This document shows positions 1-10,322 of a stretch of 64,000 nucleotides of DNA, in pieces (positions within the stretch are counted from its first letter, which is position 1; each line of letters opens with the position of its first letter). Made by a program: the position numbers and the translations under genes. Under the pieces are notes generated by a model. The model was given only the letters and a program-made list of their open reading frames with translations, ran no database searches and was not told the origin of the DNA. This DNA comes from an uncultured Pelagibacteraceae bacterium. Lineage in GTDB: Bacteria; Pseudomonadota; Alphaproteobacteria; Pelagibacterales; Pelagibacteraceae. The stretch covers positions 16,352 to 80,351 of the forward strand of contig CACGZQ010000002.1 of assembly GCA_902577575.1 (NCBI GenBank), read 5' to 3'.

Positions 1-589
1 TTTTTGGGTCTTCTAAAACTTTGCCCTCTGTTGATGTATGAAAAATATTGTCATCTACTGAAAAAGGTGGCGCCCCTTTTTTATCTTTGGGAATTGGTAT
101 ATTATTTTTTTTAGCGTATTTAATTAAATCTGCTCTTGATTGTAATTTCCATTGTCTCCAAGGCGCTATAGTTTTAATCTTATTTTTACCGAAATATGCA
201 TAGCCAAGCTCAAATCTTATTTGATCATTGCCTTTTCCGGTTGCACCATGAGAAACTGCAAAAGCTTTAAATTTTTTTGCTATCTCAACCTGTCTTTTTG
301 CAATTAATGGCCTGGCAATAGATGTACCTAATAAATATACTCCCTCATAAACCGCATGTGCTCTTATCATGGGAAAAACATAATCTTTAACAAAGATATT
401 TTTTAGATTTTCAATAATTATTTTTTTAACGCCTAATCTTTTAGCATTTTTAATAATTTTTTTTTTATCTAAAACTTGTCCAATATCAGAAGTGTAAGCA
501 ATTACTTCAGCTTTATAGTTTTCCTGTAACCATCTTAAAATTATGGATGTATCCAAACCGCCTGAATAGGCTAAAACAATTTTCTTCAT
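1..589 (-). CDS. argG: Argininosuccinate synthase (5' part; runs off window)
   Basis: Manual translation of the minus strand from ATG at 589: [17 protein letters not shown]..., later [10 protein letters not shown] and [14 protein letters not shown]. Not in the ORF track because it is truncated. Confidence 0.96.
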   Translation of the reverse strand, partial: MKKIVLAYSGGLDTSIILRWLQENYKAEVIAYTSDIGQVLDKKKIIKNAKRLGVKKIIIENLKNIFVKDYVFPMIRAHAVYEGVYLLGTSIARPLIAKRQVEIAKKFKAFAVSHGATGKGNDQIRFELGYAYFGKNKIKTIAPWRQWKLQSRADLIKYAKKNNIPIPKDKKGAPPFSVDDNIFHTSTEGKVLEDPK

Positions 590-1090
590 TTAACTGCAAG
601 TTTTCTTTGCCGTATTATATGCTTTTGTAAATCCCATCATTGAGTAGTGATCAGTTGTTTCTGCTCCTTTAATGGTTCTTGCTTTTACAATTATATCGGT
701 TGCTTTTTTCATTAATTGAATAAATTTTTTTTCTTCTTGATCATCTAATAACCATGCGAAGTCTTTTTGAGAAAAAAAAGAATATCTTCTTTTCCCAGAA
801 CTAGCAGTTACGCTTGATATTTTATAATCATGACCACTTGTCAAACTTACTTCATCTTTAATTTCTTCAGAAGGCCTAAAGGTAACAAATAATTTTGATT
901 TATCTCTCTTAACTGCTGCTGGAGCCCTTTTAGTAGGGACAGTTTGAGCAAAGCAAATTTTACCTTTATCTGTTTCTGCTACAAAGCTTTCCCAGTTTTT
1001 ATACTTCCCAGTTGATCTTGGTGTAACAGCAGATGCATTAATAGAAAATAAAAAAAGTGTAATTAATATAAAAATCTTTTTAATATACAT
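590..1090 (-). CDS. Secreted invasion-associated locus B (IalB)-like protein
   Basis: Signal peptide, W..F...C pattern, C-terminal TTDHYSMMGFTKAY...C typical of alphaproteobacterial IalB-family proteins. Confidence 0.7.
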   Translation of the reverse strand: MYIKKIFILITLFLFSINASAVTPRSTGKYKNWESFVAETDKGKICFAQTVPTKRAPAAVKRDKSKLFVTFRPSEEIKDEVSLTSGHDYKISSVTASSGKRRYSFFSQKDFAWLLDDQEEKKFIQLMKKATDIIVKARTIKGAETTDHYSMMGFTKAYNTAKKTCS

Positions 1091-1133
1091 ACTCTGCTTT
1101 TATACTAAAAATTATCTATTTCAATGCTTTGAA

Positions 1134-2171
1134 TTATGGAGATGGGTTTGGATTATTATTATGAATAATATTTATCTTATCTATTATTTCATCAGTCAAT
1201 TCAATATTTACACTATCAATGTTTTCCTTTAATTGGTCCATAGTGGTTGCACCTATTATATTACTCGTCACAAAAGGTCTTGTGTTGACAAAAGCTTGTG
1301 CCAATTGAGCCATTGTCATATTATTTTCTTTAGCAAGTTTGTAATATTCCTCATAAGCTTTCATTGCTAAAGGATTAAGATGTCTCTCCCAACCTTTGAA
1401 TAAAGCTTGTCTAGAATTTTTAGGCATTTTACCATTTCTATACTTTCCTGATAAAGCACCAGTTGCAAGTGGGTAGTAAACTAGAAGGCCACATTTTTCC
1501 CTTATGGAAATTTCTGACATTCCGATTTCGTAAGTCCTATTAACTAAATTATAAGGATTTTGAACTGACATCATTCTTGGTAACTTTTTACTTTTAGATA
1601 ATTCAATATATCTTGATAGACCATATGGAGTCTCATTAGACATACCGATATACCTTATCTTTCCACTTTTTATAAATTTTTCTAAAGCTCCAAGAACATT
1701 TTCAAAGCTATTCCAATCTCCTTCATCGGAGTCAATCGTGTAATCTCTTTGTCCAAAGTAATTCGTAGATCGTTCTGGCCAATGTAGCTGGTATAAATCA
1801 ATGTAGTCTGTTTTAAGTCTTCTCAGACTACCATCAATAGCTTTACCTATTGTTTTTTCATCAAAATTGTTTCCCCCTCCTCTAATCCAATTGCATCCTG
1901 GGCCTGCTACTTTTGTAGCTAAAATTACTTTTTCTCTATTTTTTCTTTTTTCAAACCAATTTCCAATCATAACTTCAGTTTTACCGTAAGAATCAGAGTT
2001 TGGAGGCACTGAGTAAAGTTCAGCAGTATCAAAAAAATTTATACCTTTTGTAATCGAGTAATCCATTTGTTCAAAAGCATCCTTTTCAGAGTTCTGAGTT
2101 CCCCACGTCATAGTGCCTAGACAAATTAAACTAACTTCCAAATCTGTGGTGCCAAGTTTTTTAAATTTCAT
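1134..2171 (-). CDS. tas: NADP(H)-dependent aldo/keto reductase (Tas-like)
   Basis: LGTMTWG, DTAELY, DYIDLYQLHWPER, IIGATTMDQL, C-terminal NPSP. Confidence 0.88.
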   Translation of the reverse strand: MKFKKLGTTDLEVSLICLGTMTWGTQNSEKDAFEQMDYSITKGINFFDTAELYSVPPNSDSYGKTEVMIGNWFEKRKNREKVILATKVAGPGCNWIRGGGNNFDEKTIGKAIDGSLRRLKTDYIDLYQLHWPERSTNYFGQRDYTIDSDEGDWNSFENVLGALEKFIKSGKIRYIGMSNETPYGLSRYIELSKSKKLPRMMSVQNPYNLVNRTYEIGMSEISIREKCGLLVYYPLATGALSGKYRNGKMPKNSRQALFKGWERHLNPLAMKAYEEYYKLAKENNMTMAQLAQAFVNTRPFVTSNIIGATTMDQLKENIDSVNIELTDEIIDKINIIHNNNPNPSP

Positions 2172-2249
2172 AAAATGTATTAAATTTACACTTTTTTAGG
2201 TCAATTTTTGCCTATTGAAAAGTATTTAAAAAAACTTATATATATCCTT

Positions 2250-2999
2250 ATGGAAATTAATAAACAAACATCAGTTCGTTCATCTGCCTCAGAAGCAATA
2301 ATTGATCAAGGTTTAAGAACTTACATGTTAAAAGTTTACAACTACATGGCATCCGGTGTCCTTCTTACCGGTTTTATCGCTCTGCTGTTTTTTAAAATGT
2401 CAGTTATATCATCCGCAGAGGGCCAGATTATTGGTCTTACTAATTTTGGAAATACTATTTACGCTTCAGGTTTAAAATGGGTGATTATGCTAGCTCCATT
2501 AGCAGTGGTTTTTTATATGAGTTTTGGAATAGCAAAAATGTCTGCAGCAAAAGCTCAAACTACTTTTTGGATTTTTGCCGCTTTAATGGGAGCGTCTCTC
2601 TCTTCGATTTTTTTAATTTATACAGGCGCAAGCATAACTAGAGTATTTTTTATTACTGCGGGAACATTTGGAGCTATGAGTATTTACGGTTACACTACAA
2701 AAAGAGATCTTACTAAATTGGGATCGTTTTTAATGATGGGCTTGTTTGGAATAATAATTGCCTCACTAGTAAATATATTCATGAAATCTTCAATGATGTA
2801 TTTTGTAATTTCAATTATTGGAGTTTTAATCTTTGTAGGTTTAACAGCTTACGATACTCAAAAAATTAAAAATATGTACTTAGTAAGTGATAGCGGTGAA
2901 TTAATGGGCAAAAAGGCTGTAATGGGCGCCCTAACTCTTTACTTAGACTTTATTAATCTATTCATTATGCTTCTAAGACTTTTTGGTCAAAGAAGATAA
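2250..2999 (+). CDS. Bax inhibitor-1/YccA family membrane protein
   Basis: DQGLRTYMLKVYNYM, TAYDTQKIK, ALTLYLDFINLF. ATG at 2250 preferred over TTG at 2208. Confidence 0.92.
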   Translation: MEINKQTSVRSSASEAIIDQGLRTYMLKVYNYMASGVLLTGFIALLFFKMSVISSAEGQIIGLTNFGNTIYASGLKWVIMLAPLAVVFYMSFGIAKMSAAKAQTTFWIFAALMGASLSSIFLIYTGASITRVFFITAGTFGAMSIYGYTTKRDLTKLGSFLMMGLFGIIIASLVNIFMKSSMMYFVISIIGVLIFVGLTAYDTQKIKNMYLVSDSGELMGKKAVMGALTLYLDFINLFIMLLRLFGQRR

Positions 3000-3347
3000 T
3001 TACTTGATAAGCTTTAACTTATTCCAACTGGTTTTATCTATTAGTTGATTTAAATTTTCCGATCTTTTTACAACATTACCGTTTCTATCTTTTAATAAAT
3101 ACTTTTCATTAACATAATTCGGATTAAAATTTTTTAAAATTCTCAGAACAGGTTTATCGGATGACCTTTGATAAATATCAAAGGAAATTTCTTTTGACCC
3201 TGCAGAAAAAGAGTAATCCTTCCAAGAACCATTAGAAACCATTTTTGCATAAAGATTTAAAATACATTGCAATTCTTTTTTTATGAAAAAATGATTCTTT
3301 TTTTTTTCTTTGTAGTTATTATTTATTAATAGTCTAAACTTTTTCAT
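3000..3347 (-). CDS. Conserved alphaproteobacterial protein (DUF2794-like)
   Basis: F.KKEL..ILNLYAKMVSNGSWKDY motif. Confidence 0.75.
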   Translation of the reverse strand: MKKFRLLINNNYKEKKKNHFFIKKELQCILNLYAKMVSNGSWKDYSFSAGSKEISFDIYQRSSDKPVLRILKNFNPNYVNEKYLLKDRNGNVVKRSENLNQLIDKTSWNKLKLIK

Positions 3348-3889
3348 AATTTATGTCTATTTATTAACGGTACCTGAATAACTGTAAAAATAAAAGTGAT
3401 TGGTAATATTCCCCAAACTTTAAAATTTACCCAAATAACTTCAGGCTGAGTTCTCCAAACAATCTCATTTAAAAAAGCTAGAAATATAAAAAAGTAAGCC
3501 CATCTGAAATTAAGTTTATTCCAACCAATATCGTCAAGTTGAAAAGCACTTTGTAAAAAAATTTTAAGAAAGTTTTTTTTATATAAAATATTACTTACAA
3601 TCAGCACACAAGCAAAAATAAGATTTACTATTGTTGGTTTCATATAAATAAATATAGGATTGTCAAAGTATAAAGTTAACCCCCCGAATAATGTTATAAC
3701 TATTCCTCCAATTAAAGGCACATAAGGAATTTTCTTTTCAATAAAATAAACTAAAGCAACAGCGATAATTGTTGCAATAATTAAGGGCGGGATAGCTGTA
3801 GTTAGATTTTTTCCACTTTTATAGTATACAATAAAAAAAATTAACAAAGGCCCAAAGTCAGTGATAAACTTTAAAAACGACTTATTCAC
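3344..3889 (-). CDS. yciB: Inner membrane protein YciB/IspZ
   Basis: DFGPLLIFF, YMKPTI, LNEIVWR...WVNFKVWG. Confidence 0.9.
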   Translation of the reverse strand: MNKSFLKFITDFGPLLIFFIVYYKSGKNLTTAIPPLIIATIIAVALVYFIEKKIPYVPLIGGIVITLFGGLTLYFDNPIFIYMKPTIVNLIFACVLIVSNILYKKNFLKIFLQSAFQLDDIGWNKLNFRWAYFFIFLAFLNEIVWRTQPEVIWVNFKVWGILPITFIFTVIQVPLINRHKL

Positions 3890-3968
3890 AACATATAAAG
3901 AGTAACATAAATTAGAAATTTTATAAATTAGTTATTGATTTTAGTAAAAAAGACATTAACTATCTTGT

Positions 3969-4292
3969 ATGGCAATTAGCAATAATGCAAAATTTTCTAT
4001 TGGTGAGGTGGTTAAGCACCGTCATTTTGATTTTAGAGGTGTTATCTACGACGTAGACTTTGAATTTAACAATTCTGAAGAATGGTATCAGTCAATACCT
4101 AGAGAAGTTAGACCTAGAAAAGATCAACCATTTTATCATCTTTTAGCAGAGAGCAATGATGTTACCTATGAAGCCTATGTTTCTGAGCAGAACTTATTAT
4201 TGGATAATTCAAAAAAACCAGTTAAGCATCCACTAATTGATGAAATTTTTTCAGGAAAAAAAGGGTCTAGTTACCTAAAAATCTCAAATTAA
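3969..4292 (+). CDS. hspQ: Heat shock protein HspQ (YccV-like domain)
   Basis: AKFSIGEVVKHRHFDFRGVIYDVD, RPRKDQPFYHLLAE, YVSEQNL. Confidence 0.92.
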   Translation: MAISNNAKFSIGEVVKHRHFDFRGVIYDVDFEFNNSEEWYQSIPREVRPRKDQPFYHLLAESNDVTYEAYVSEQNLLLDNSKKPVKHPLIDEIFSGKKGSSYLKISN

Positions 4293-4365
4293 TCTGTATC
4301 GCCTAAAATTTAACATTATTTCTTCAAATCTGGGACAAATAGATCTGCTAAAAAACGAATGTTAT

Positions 4366-4417
4366 AGCCCAATTAGGAATAAATTTCTTATTACTCCCTC
4401 CCATTCTTAGTTGGGCT
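4366..4417 (+). ncRNA. Candidate structured RNA: 15-bp stem with 22-nt pyrimidine-rich loop (CUCCCUCCC)
   Basis: AGCCCAAUUAGGAAU (4366-4380) pairs fully with AUUCUUAGUUGGGCU (4403-4417), with two G-U wobbles on the + strand. It lies in an unusually long 171-bp intergenic gap. Confidence 0.45.
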
Positions 4418-4463
4418 CAAAATGGAACTTCACAAAAAAAAATTAATATAGTAGTTAAATTAA

Positions 4464-5171
4464 ATGTTAAAATTTTTTACTAATAGTAATATATTTTTTT
4501 GGATTGAAAAATTGACAAACTTTATCAATTCGATATTTTTTGTTTTGCTTTTAGTAGCAATCTCGTTTGCTATTATTTTTTCTCCTCCAGATTATCTTCA
4601 AGGTGATAGCGTAAGGATCATGTATGTTCATGTGCCAGCTGCTTGGATTGGTTTGGCATCTTTTACTTTAATAGCATTAATTTCAATTTTGAACTTTATA
4701 TTTAAAATTAAAAATTTGATGTTAGTTTCTAAAAGTATAGCTCCAATAGGATTAATGTTTACATGCCTTGCTATCGTTACAGGGTCATTGTGGGGGCAAC
4801 CTACATGGGGCACCTTTTGGGCATGGGATGCAAGGATTACCTCAATGTTAGTTTTAGCTATTTTTTATCTTTTATTTATTTTTGTACATAAATTTATTTC
4901 AGGTGAGGAAAAGGCGAATAAAATTTCTAATATGATTGCCATTATAGGTTTCATTAACATACCAATAATCAAATATTCAGTAGAATGGTGGAATACGCTT
5001 CACCAACCAGCCAGCGTTAAAATTTTAGGCTCAAACACAATACACTCTTCAATGTTAGTCCCTTTATTGTTGATGTTTTTTGTACTAATTCTTTATTGTG
5101 CGCTAATTTTTCTAATGAAATACAAGACAGAAATCATTAGAATAAAGAAAAAAAATTTAAAACGTTTATGA
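4464..5171 (+). CDS. ccmC: Heme exporter/cytochrome c biogenesis protein CcmC
   Basis: RIMYVHVP, WGQPTWGTFWAWDAR (WWD domain), WWNTLHQP. Confidence 0.95.
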   Translation: MLKFFTNSNIFFWIEKLTNFINSIFFVLLLVAISFAIIFSPPDYLQGDSVRIMYVHVPAAWIGLASFTLIALISILNFIFKIKNLMLVSKSIAPIGLMFTCLAIVTGSLWGQPTWGTFWAWDARITSMLVLAIFYLLFIFVHKFISGEEKANKISNMIAIIGFINIPIIKYSVEWWNTLHQPASVKILGSNTIHSSMLVPLLLMFFVLILYCALIFLMKYKTEIIRIKKKNLKRL

Positions 5172-5401
5172 TTGAAAATATAGTTTATATGAATGGCTAT
5201 GGAATTTTTGTTTGGTCATCTTTTGCTATTACTGCACTAAGTTGCGTGATTGTTTATTTTAAGACATTAAAAACACTAAGAAAATACGAAAAAGAATTTG
5301 CAAAGGAAATAGAAGATCTTTCTACCGAAAAAAGAAAAACACTTTTAGAAAGCTCTAAAGTTGCCTCACAAGTTGTTTCTTCATACAATAAAACTATTTA
5401 A
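5168..5401 (+). CDS. ccmD: Heme exporter protein CcmD
   Basis: [12 protein letters not shown] single-TM protein between ccmC and ccmE. Confidence 0.85.
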   Translation: MIENIVYMNGYGIFVWSSFAITALSCVIVYFKTLKTLRKYEKEFAKEIEDLSTEKRKTLLESSKVASQVVSSYNKTI

Positions 5402-5409
5402 AGCATTTA

Positions 5410-5838
5410 ATGCTGACTTTAAAAGTTAAAAAAAGAGCATCTCTTTTAACTTTAATTTTAATACTTACTGTTTTTGCAGTCTTTCTTATTCTAAAGTCAC
5501 TTAGCGATAATATTTTATACTTTAAATCACCGACTGACATAAAAACAAGTGAGGACTTAATTTTTAATAAAAAAATTAGAGTAGGCGGTATGGTAAAAAA
5601 AAATTCTCTAAAGATTAATAGCGAAGAAATAAAATTCGTTATTACAGATTTTAAAAATGAACTAAACGTGAGTTATAGTGGCACTGTACCAAATTTATTT
5701 ACAGAGGAAAAAGGAGTTGTTGCAGAGGGCAAACTTCAAGATAAAAAATTTTTTGTTGCTGATAGAATTTTAGCAAAACACGATGAAAATTATATGCCTC
5801 CTGAATTAAAAGAGATTATAAAAGAAGATGCTAAGTAA
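5410..5838 (+). CDS. ccmE: Heme chaperone CcmE
   Basis: [20 protein letters not shown] heme-binding motif. Confidence 0.96.
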   Translation: MLTLKVKKRASLLTLILILTVFAVFLILKSLSDNILYFKSPTDIKTSEDLIFNKKIRVGGMVKKNSLKINSEEIKFVITDFKNELNVSYSGTVPNLFTEEKGVVAEGKLQDKKFFVADRILAKHDENYMPPELKEIIKEDAK

Positions 5839-7711
5839 TTTAGGCAATATACTATTATTTTCTAAAGTATTATTAAGTTTAACTATAATTTATTTTTCCT
5901 ACCAATGTATTAAGTCTTCAAGTGTGATAATTTTTAAAAAAATTTATCAAATAAGTTTGTTACAAAGCACATTAGTTTTAGGTTGTTTTTTTACTCTTAT
6001 TGCAGCTTACGTTGTGTCAGATTTTTCTTTAATTAATGTTTACCAAAACTCTCATACAGCAAAGCCATTATTGTATAAAATCTCAGGTACTTGGGGAAAC
6101 CATGAGGGGAGTTTATTACTTTGGATTATTATCCTGACTATTTTTTCGTTTTTATTTTTGATATATAATAATAAACATCCAAAAAATTATAGACTTTATA
6201 CTTTAATTATTCAGAACGTTTTAATACTAGGATTTTTGTTTTTCATATTATTTAATTCAAATCCTTTTTTATCTTTATCACCAATTCCTAAAGAGGGATT
6301 GGGTCTTAATCCAATTTTACAAGACCCTGCATTAGCCATACATCCACCACTACTTTACTTAGGTTTTGTTGGGTCATCCATATACTTTTCTGCTGCCATA
6401 GCATCATTAATTACTAACTACTCTGAAAAATCATTTGCTTTTTCAATAAAAAATTGGGTTTTAATTTCTTGGGGCTTTCAAACTTTAGGCATACTAGTTG
6501 GCTCGATATGGGCTTACTACGAATTGGGATGGGGCGGTTTTTGGTTTTGGGATCCAGTTGAAAATGCATCATTATTACCATGGTTTGCGATGACTGCTCT
6601 CTTTCATTCATTACTTGTTTTAGAAAAAAGAAATTTACTTTATTTTTGGGTAATAATTTTATGTTTAATTACTTTTACTTTAAGTGTTACTGGTACTTTT
6701 CTAGTAAGATCTGGAATATTAAACTCTGTTCACACGTTTGCTAGTGATCCGAGTAGAGGAATTTATATTTTATCTTTTTTGAGCATAATGATTTTTGGAT
6801 CGCTTTTTTTGCTATTAAACAAATATAGAAAAGAAAACAAACTAATATATTCTAATAGTAAAGAAACGTTTGTACTAATTAATAATTGGTTCATGATGTT
6901 TTATTTACTAACAGTATTGGTTGGCACACTTTATCCAATTTTTACAGACGCGCTTACAAATAATAAAATTTCTGTTGGACCACCATTTTATAATACTGTT
7001 ATTTTACCAGTCGTAGTTATATTTCTGTTTTTTATGGCAATAGGGCCTAAGGCAAAGTGGATTAAAAATAGATTTGATAACTTAGGATGTTTTGCTTTAT
7101 TTTTGTTTCTAGCTTTAGTGGTAAATTTCTTTATTATTTATTTTTTTAAAAGTTTCACGATTTTATCGAACCTTGTAATTATTTCGTCTTTATTCTTAAT
7201 ATTTTCATCCTTTTTTGATTTAGTAAATTCTATTTTAAAGTCTAGATTTGATTTAGCTAGAACGATATCACACTTATCTTTCGGCTTTCTTGTTTTATTC
7301 ATTGGTCTAAACCATAACTTTTCAATAGAGAAAGATTTTAATATGAGGGTTGGTGAAGTAAAAAGTTTTGATAATTATGAAATTCAATTACAAAATTTAG
7401 AACTAAAAACTTACAATAATTATAAAGCAATAATAGGTAATCTAAAAATTAAGAATTATGTACTAAAAGAAGAAAGAACCCTTAATCCAGAAATTAGAAT
7501 TTATGATAATCCACAAACATTGACTTACGAAGCAGCTATCAAAACAAACTTTATTAAAGATTATTATTTAACAATGAGTAATATAGATAGATCAGAATTC
7601 TATAACATTAAATTTCAAAAAAAACCTTTAATGATTTGGATCTGGATATCGGTAGCGATGTTAGTTTTTGGAGGTTTTCTGAGAATTTTTAAAAATGCAA
7701 AGATTAATTAA
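5828..7711 (+). CDS. ccmF: Cytochrome c heme lyase CcmF
   Basis: [42 protein letters not shown]. Confidence 0.96.
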   Translation: MLSNLGNILLFSKVLLSLTIIYFSYQCIKSSSVIIFKKIYQISLLQSTLVLGCFFTLIAAYVVSDFSLINVYQNSHTAKPLLYKISGTWGNHEGSLLLWIIILTIFSFLFLIYNNKHPKNYRLYTLIIQNVLILGFLFFILFNSNPFLSLSPIPKEGLGLNPILQDPALAIHPPLLYLGFVGSSIYFSAAIASLITNYSEKSFAFSIKNWVLISWGFQTLGILVGSIWAYYELGWGGFWFWDPVENASLLPWFAMTALFHSLLVLEKRNLLYFWVIILCLITFTLSVTGTFLVRSGILNSVHTFASDPSRGIYILSFLSIMIFGSLFLLLNKYRKENKLIYSNSKETFVLINNWFMMFYLLTVLVGTLYPIFTDALTNNKISVGPPFYNTVILPVVVIFLFFMAIGPKAKWIKNRFDNLGCFALFLFLALVVNFFIIYFFKSFTILSNLVIISSLFLIFSSFFDLVNSILKSRFDLARTISHLSFGFLVLFIGLNHNFSIEKDFNMRVGEVKSFDNYEIQLQNLELKTYNNYKAIIGNLKIKNYVLKEERTLNPEIRIYDNPQTLTYEAAIKTNFIKDYYLTMSNIDRSEFYNIKFQKKPLMIWIWISVAMLVFGGFLRIFKNAKIN

Positions 7712-8216
7712 ATCGACAATTACAATAATTTTTATATTTATAATTATAATTTTTTATATAAGTTTAGGTAAAGAAAATAACTACGATACAGTTAATTTAG
7801 TTGGAAAAAAAATAGATAGTATTGAACTCCAAAGTTTTAATGACGAAAAAATTGTTAATACTAAAAGTTTCAAAGATAATAATTTTACATTAATAAATTT
7901 TTGGGCATCTTGGTGCGGACCTTGTAGAGCTGAACATCCAATATTAATGAATTTAAAAGAATCAAGATCATTAATGTTAGTTGGAGTTAATTTTAAAGAT
8001 AAAAAAAAAAATGCTAAAAACTTTTTAGATGATTTAGGAAATCCTTACGATATTCTTCTAAAAGATGAAAATGGAAAAAAAAGTATAATTTTCGGTATTT
8101 ATGGTATACCGGAGAGTATACTTTTAAATAAAGAATTAGTAGTCATTGAAAAATTTGTTGGACCGTTAGCCAAAGAAGATTATGAAAAAATTTTGGAGGA
8201 AATTGGTGAAAAATAA
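7695..8216 (+). CDS. ccmG: Thiol:disulfide interchange protein CcmG/DsbE
   Basis: N-terminal anchor, NFWASWCGPCRAEHP, YGIPES. Confidence 0.92.
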   Translation: MQRLIKSTITIIFIFIIIIFYISLGKENNYDTVNLVGKKIDSIELQSFNDEKIVNTKSFKDNNFTLINFWASWCGPCRAEHPILMNLKESRSLMLVGVNFKDKKKNAKNFLDDLGNPYDILLKDENGKKSIIFGIYGIPESILLNKELVVIEKFVGPLAKEDYEKILEEIGEK

Positions 8217-8574
8217 ATTATTTTTTTTAACTTTTGTATTTTTTTTTACTACATTGAGCGCTCAAGAAAAATCAATTGATCAAAATCAAATTTTTAAAAA
8301 TTTAAGATGTTTAGTTTGTCAAGGTCAGTCTATTTCTGACTCCAATTCAGATTTTGCGCAAACTGTAAAACTTGTAGTTAATGATTTAATTGAAGAAGGG
8401 AAAACAGAAGAGGAAATTTATTCTTTTATGGCAGAAAAGTACGGGGATTGGATCATATATAGACCTCAACTAAATAAACAAAACTTTATGCTTTGGTTCT
8501 TACCATATGCTTTTTTAATTGGCGGAGGATTAATAATTTTCTATTTAATTAGAAAAAAAAGGGAAAAAGCATAA
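8206..8574 (+). CDS. ccmH: Cytochrome c biogenesis protein CcmH (short form, no TPR)
   Basis: LRCLVCQGQSISDSNS, KYGDWI. GTG at 8206 follows GGAGGA at 8195-8200 (ORF track starts at 8182). Confidence 0.9.
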   Translation: MKNKLFFLTFVFFFTTLSAQEKSIDQNQIFKNLRCLVCQGQSISDSNSDFAQTVKLVVNDLIEEGKTEEEIYSFMAEKYGDWIIYRPQLNKQNFMLWFLPYAFLIGGGLIIFYLIRKKREKA

Positions 8575-8615
8575 AAGTATCTGTACATATTCTTCATTTA
8601 ATTGTATTTTTTTGT

Positions 8616-9119
8616 ATGAAATTTTTTCTTTTATCTTGGATTGTTTTAACAGCAGGTTTCTTTGCAACGTTACATGCAGATGAGGTTAATAAAGAAATGT
8701 CTTTTTATACAGGTACATTTGACATAATAGATAAAGAGGGTGATGATCAAACAACTTTGTTTGGTATTGAACACAAAAACCCAGATTTATTTAGAGATAC
8801 TTTTCTTGGAAAATTTAAGCCTATCACAGGCGGATTTATTACTGGAGACAGCTCAGTCTATCTATATACTGGAATAGAAGGGCAGTATGGTTTAGGCCCA
8901 ATAAAAATTTTACCTAGTTTTGCACCAGGCTACTATGAAAAAGGGGATGGAAAAGATTTAGGAAGTGTTTTAGAATTTAAAAGTGAGATAAAATTAGGAT
9001 TTAATATTTTTGAAAATTCTAAATTAAGCTACAGTTATAGTCATATATCAAATAATAATTGGGGCGATACTAACCCAGGAACTGACAATCAGCAAATAAC
9101 CTTTTCTAAAAACTTTTAA
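8616..9119 (+). CDS. Outer-membrane beta-barrel, PagL/lipid A 3-O-deacylase (acyloxyacyl hydrolase) family
   Basis: Signal peptide, DLGSVLEFKS, YSHISN (HxSN catalytic motif), NPGTD, terminal Phe. Confidence 0.8.
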   Translation: MKFFLLSWIVLTAGFFATLHADEVNKEMSFYTGTFDIIDKEGDDQTTLFGIEHKNPDLFRDTFLGKFKPITGGFITGDSSVYLYTGIEGQYGLGPIKILPSFAPGYYEKGDGKDLGSVLEFKSEIKLGFNIFENSKLSYSYSHISNNNWGDTNPGTDNQQITFSKNF

Positions 9120-9124
9120 TAACA

Positions 9125-10273
9125 ATGAATTTAAATGATTGTTATAATTTTGATGATTTTAGAAAATTAGCTAAAAAAAATTTACCTGCTCCAATTTTTC
9201 ACTATATTGATGGTGGAGCCGATGACGAAACAACTTTGAAAAGAAATACCGAGTCTTTTTTAAAATGCGATTTAGTTCCAAATATATTAGCTAGTGTTGG
9301 TGAGCCAGATCTTACCACTAATGTTTTTGGTCAAAAGATTGATTTACCAATATTCCTTTCCCCAACTGCAATGCAAAGACTTTACCATCACGATGGTGAT
9401 AAAGCTTCAGCGAGAGCAGCAGAAAAATTCGGAACATTTTATAGTATGTCAACAATGGCTACTTCATCCATAGAGGAAATTGCTAACATATCAGGTGGTC
9501 CAAAATTATTTCAACTTTATATACACAAAGATCAAGGGTTAACTGATAATTTAATTGATCGGTGTAAAAGTTCTGGTTTTAAGGCTATGTGTTTAACAGT
9601 CGATACAGTCGTTGCAGGAAATCGAGAAAGAGACCATAGATGGGGATTTACTACTCCACCAAAATTAACAATGAAAAGTATTTTAAGTTTTATGATGCAT
9701 CCTAAATGGGCTTTTAACTACTTAACTAATAAAAAATTTGAATTAGCTAATGTTTCTCATTGGACAAAAAAAGGTTCAAGTATTGCTAAGGGTGTTATGG
9801 AATACATTAATGAGCAATATGATCCGGCAATGAGCTGGAAAGATGCAGAGTACGTAATTAAAAAATGGGGAGGCCCGTTCGCTTTAAAAGGAGTTATGTC
9901 TGTTGAAGATGCAAAAAGAGCTGTAGATATAGGTGCATCTGCTATCATGCTATCAAACCATGGTGGAAGGCAGCTTGATGGATCGAGATCACCATTTGAT
10001 CAATTACCAGCAATCGCAGATGCTGTAGGCGGAAAAATAGAAATTATTTTAGACGGTGGAATTAGAAGAGGTACTCACGTTCTTAAAGCCTTGTCATTGG
10101 GAGCTACGGCATGTAGTTTTGGAAAGGGTTTTTTATTTGCACTAGGGGCTGGAGGTCAAAAAGGTGTCGAGCAGATTTTAACAAGAATGAAAGACGAGAT
10201 TAGAAGAGATATGATTTTATTAGGATGTAAGAGCATAAAAGAGCTAAATAAAACAAAAATAGCTTATAGGTGA
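9125..10273 (+). CDS. lldD: FMN-dependent L-2-hydroxy-acid dehydrogenase (L-lactate dehydrogenase-like)
   Basis: FHYIDGGADDE, LTVDT..AGNRERD, SNHGGRQLDG, DGGIRRG. Confidence 0.85.
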   Translation: MNLNDCYNFDDFRKLAKKNLPAPIFHYIDGGADDETTLKRNTESFLKCDLVPNILASVGEPDLTTNVFGQKIDLPIFLSPTAMQRLYHHDGDKASARAAEKFGTFYSMSTMATSSIEEIANISGGPKLFQLYIHKDQGLTDNLIDRCKSSGFKAMCLTVDTVVAGNRERDHRWGFTTPPKLTMKSILSFMMHPKWAFNYLTNKKFELANVSHWTKKGSSIAKGVMEYINEQYDPAMSWKDAEYVIKKWGGPFALKGVMSVEDAKRAVDIGASAIMLSNHGGRQLDGSRSPFDQLPAIADAVGGKIEIILDGGIRRGTHVLKALSLGATACSFGKGFLFALGAGGQKGVEQILTRMKDEIRRDMILLGCKSIKELNKTKIAYR

Positions 10274-10322
10274 TGCAAAAAAACTAGTTTTCAAAAGTGA
10301 TAATAAATATTAGGCTTAAAAT

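Noticed and set aside
4349-4405. 18-codon minus-strand ORF (MGGSNKKFIPNWAITFVF) across the intergenic hairpin (coordinates approximate)
   Set aside because: Very short with no SD; the G-U pairing pattern favours a + strand RNA structure instead
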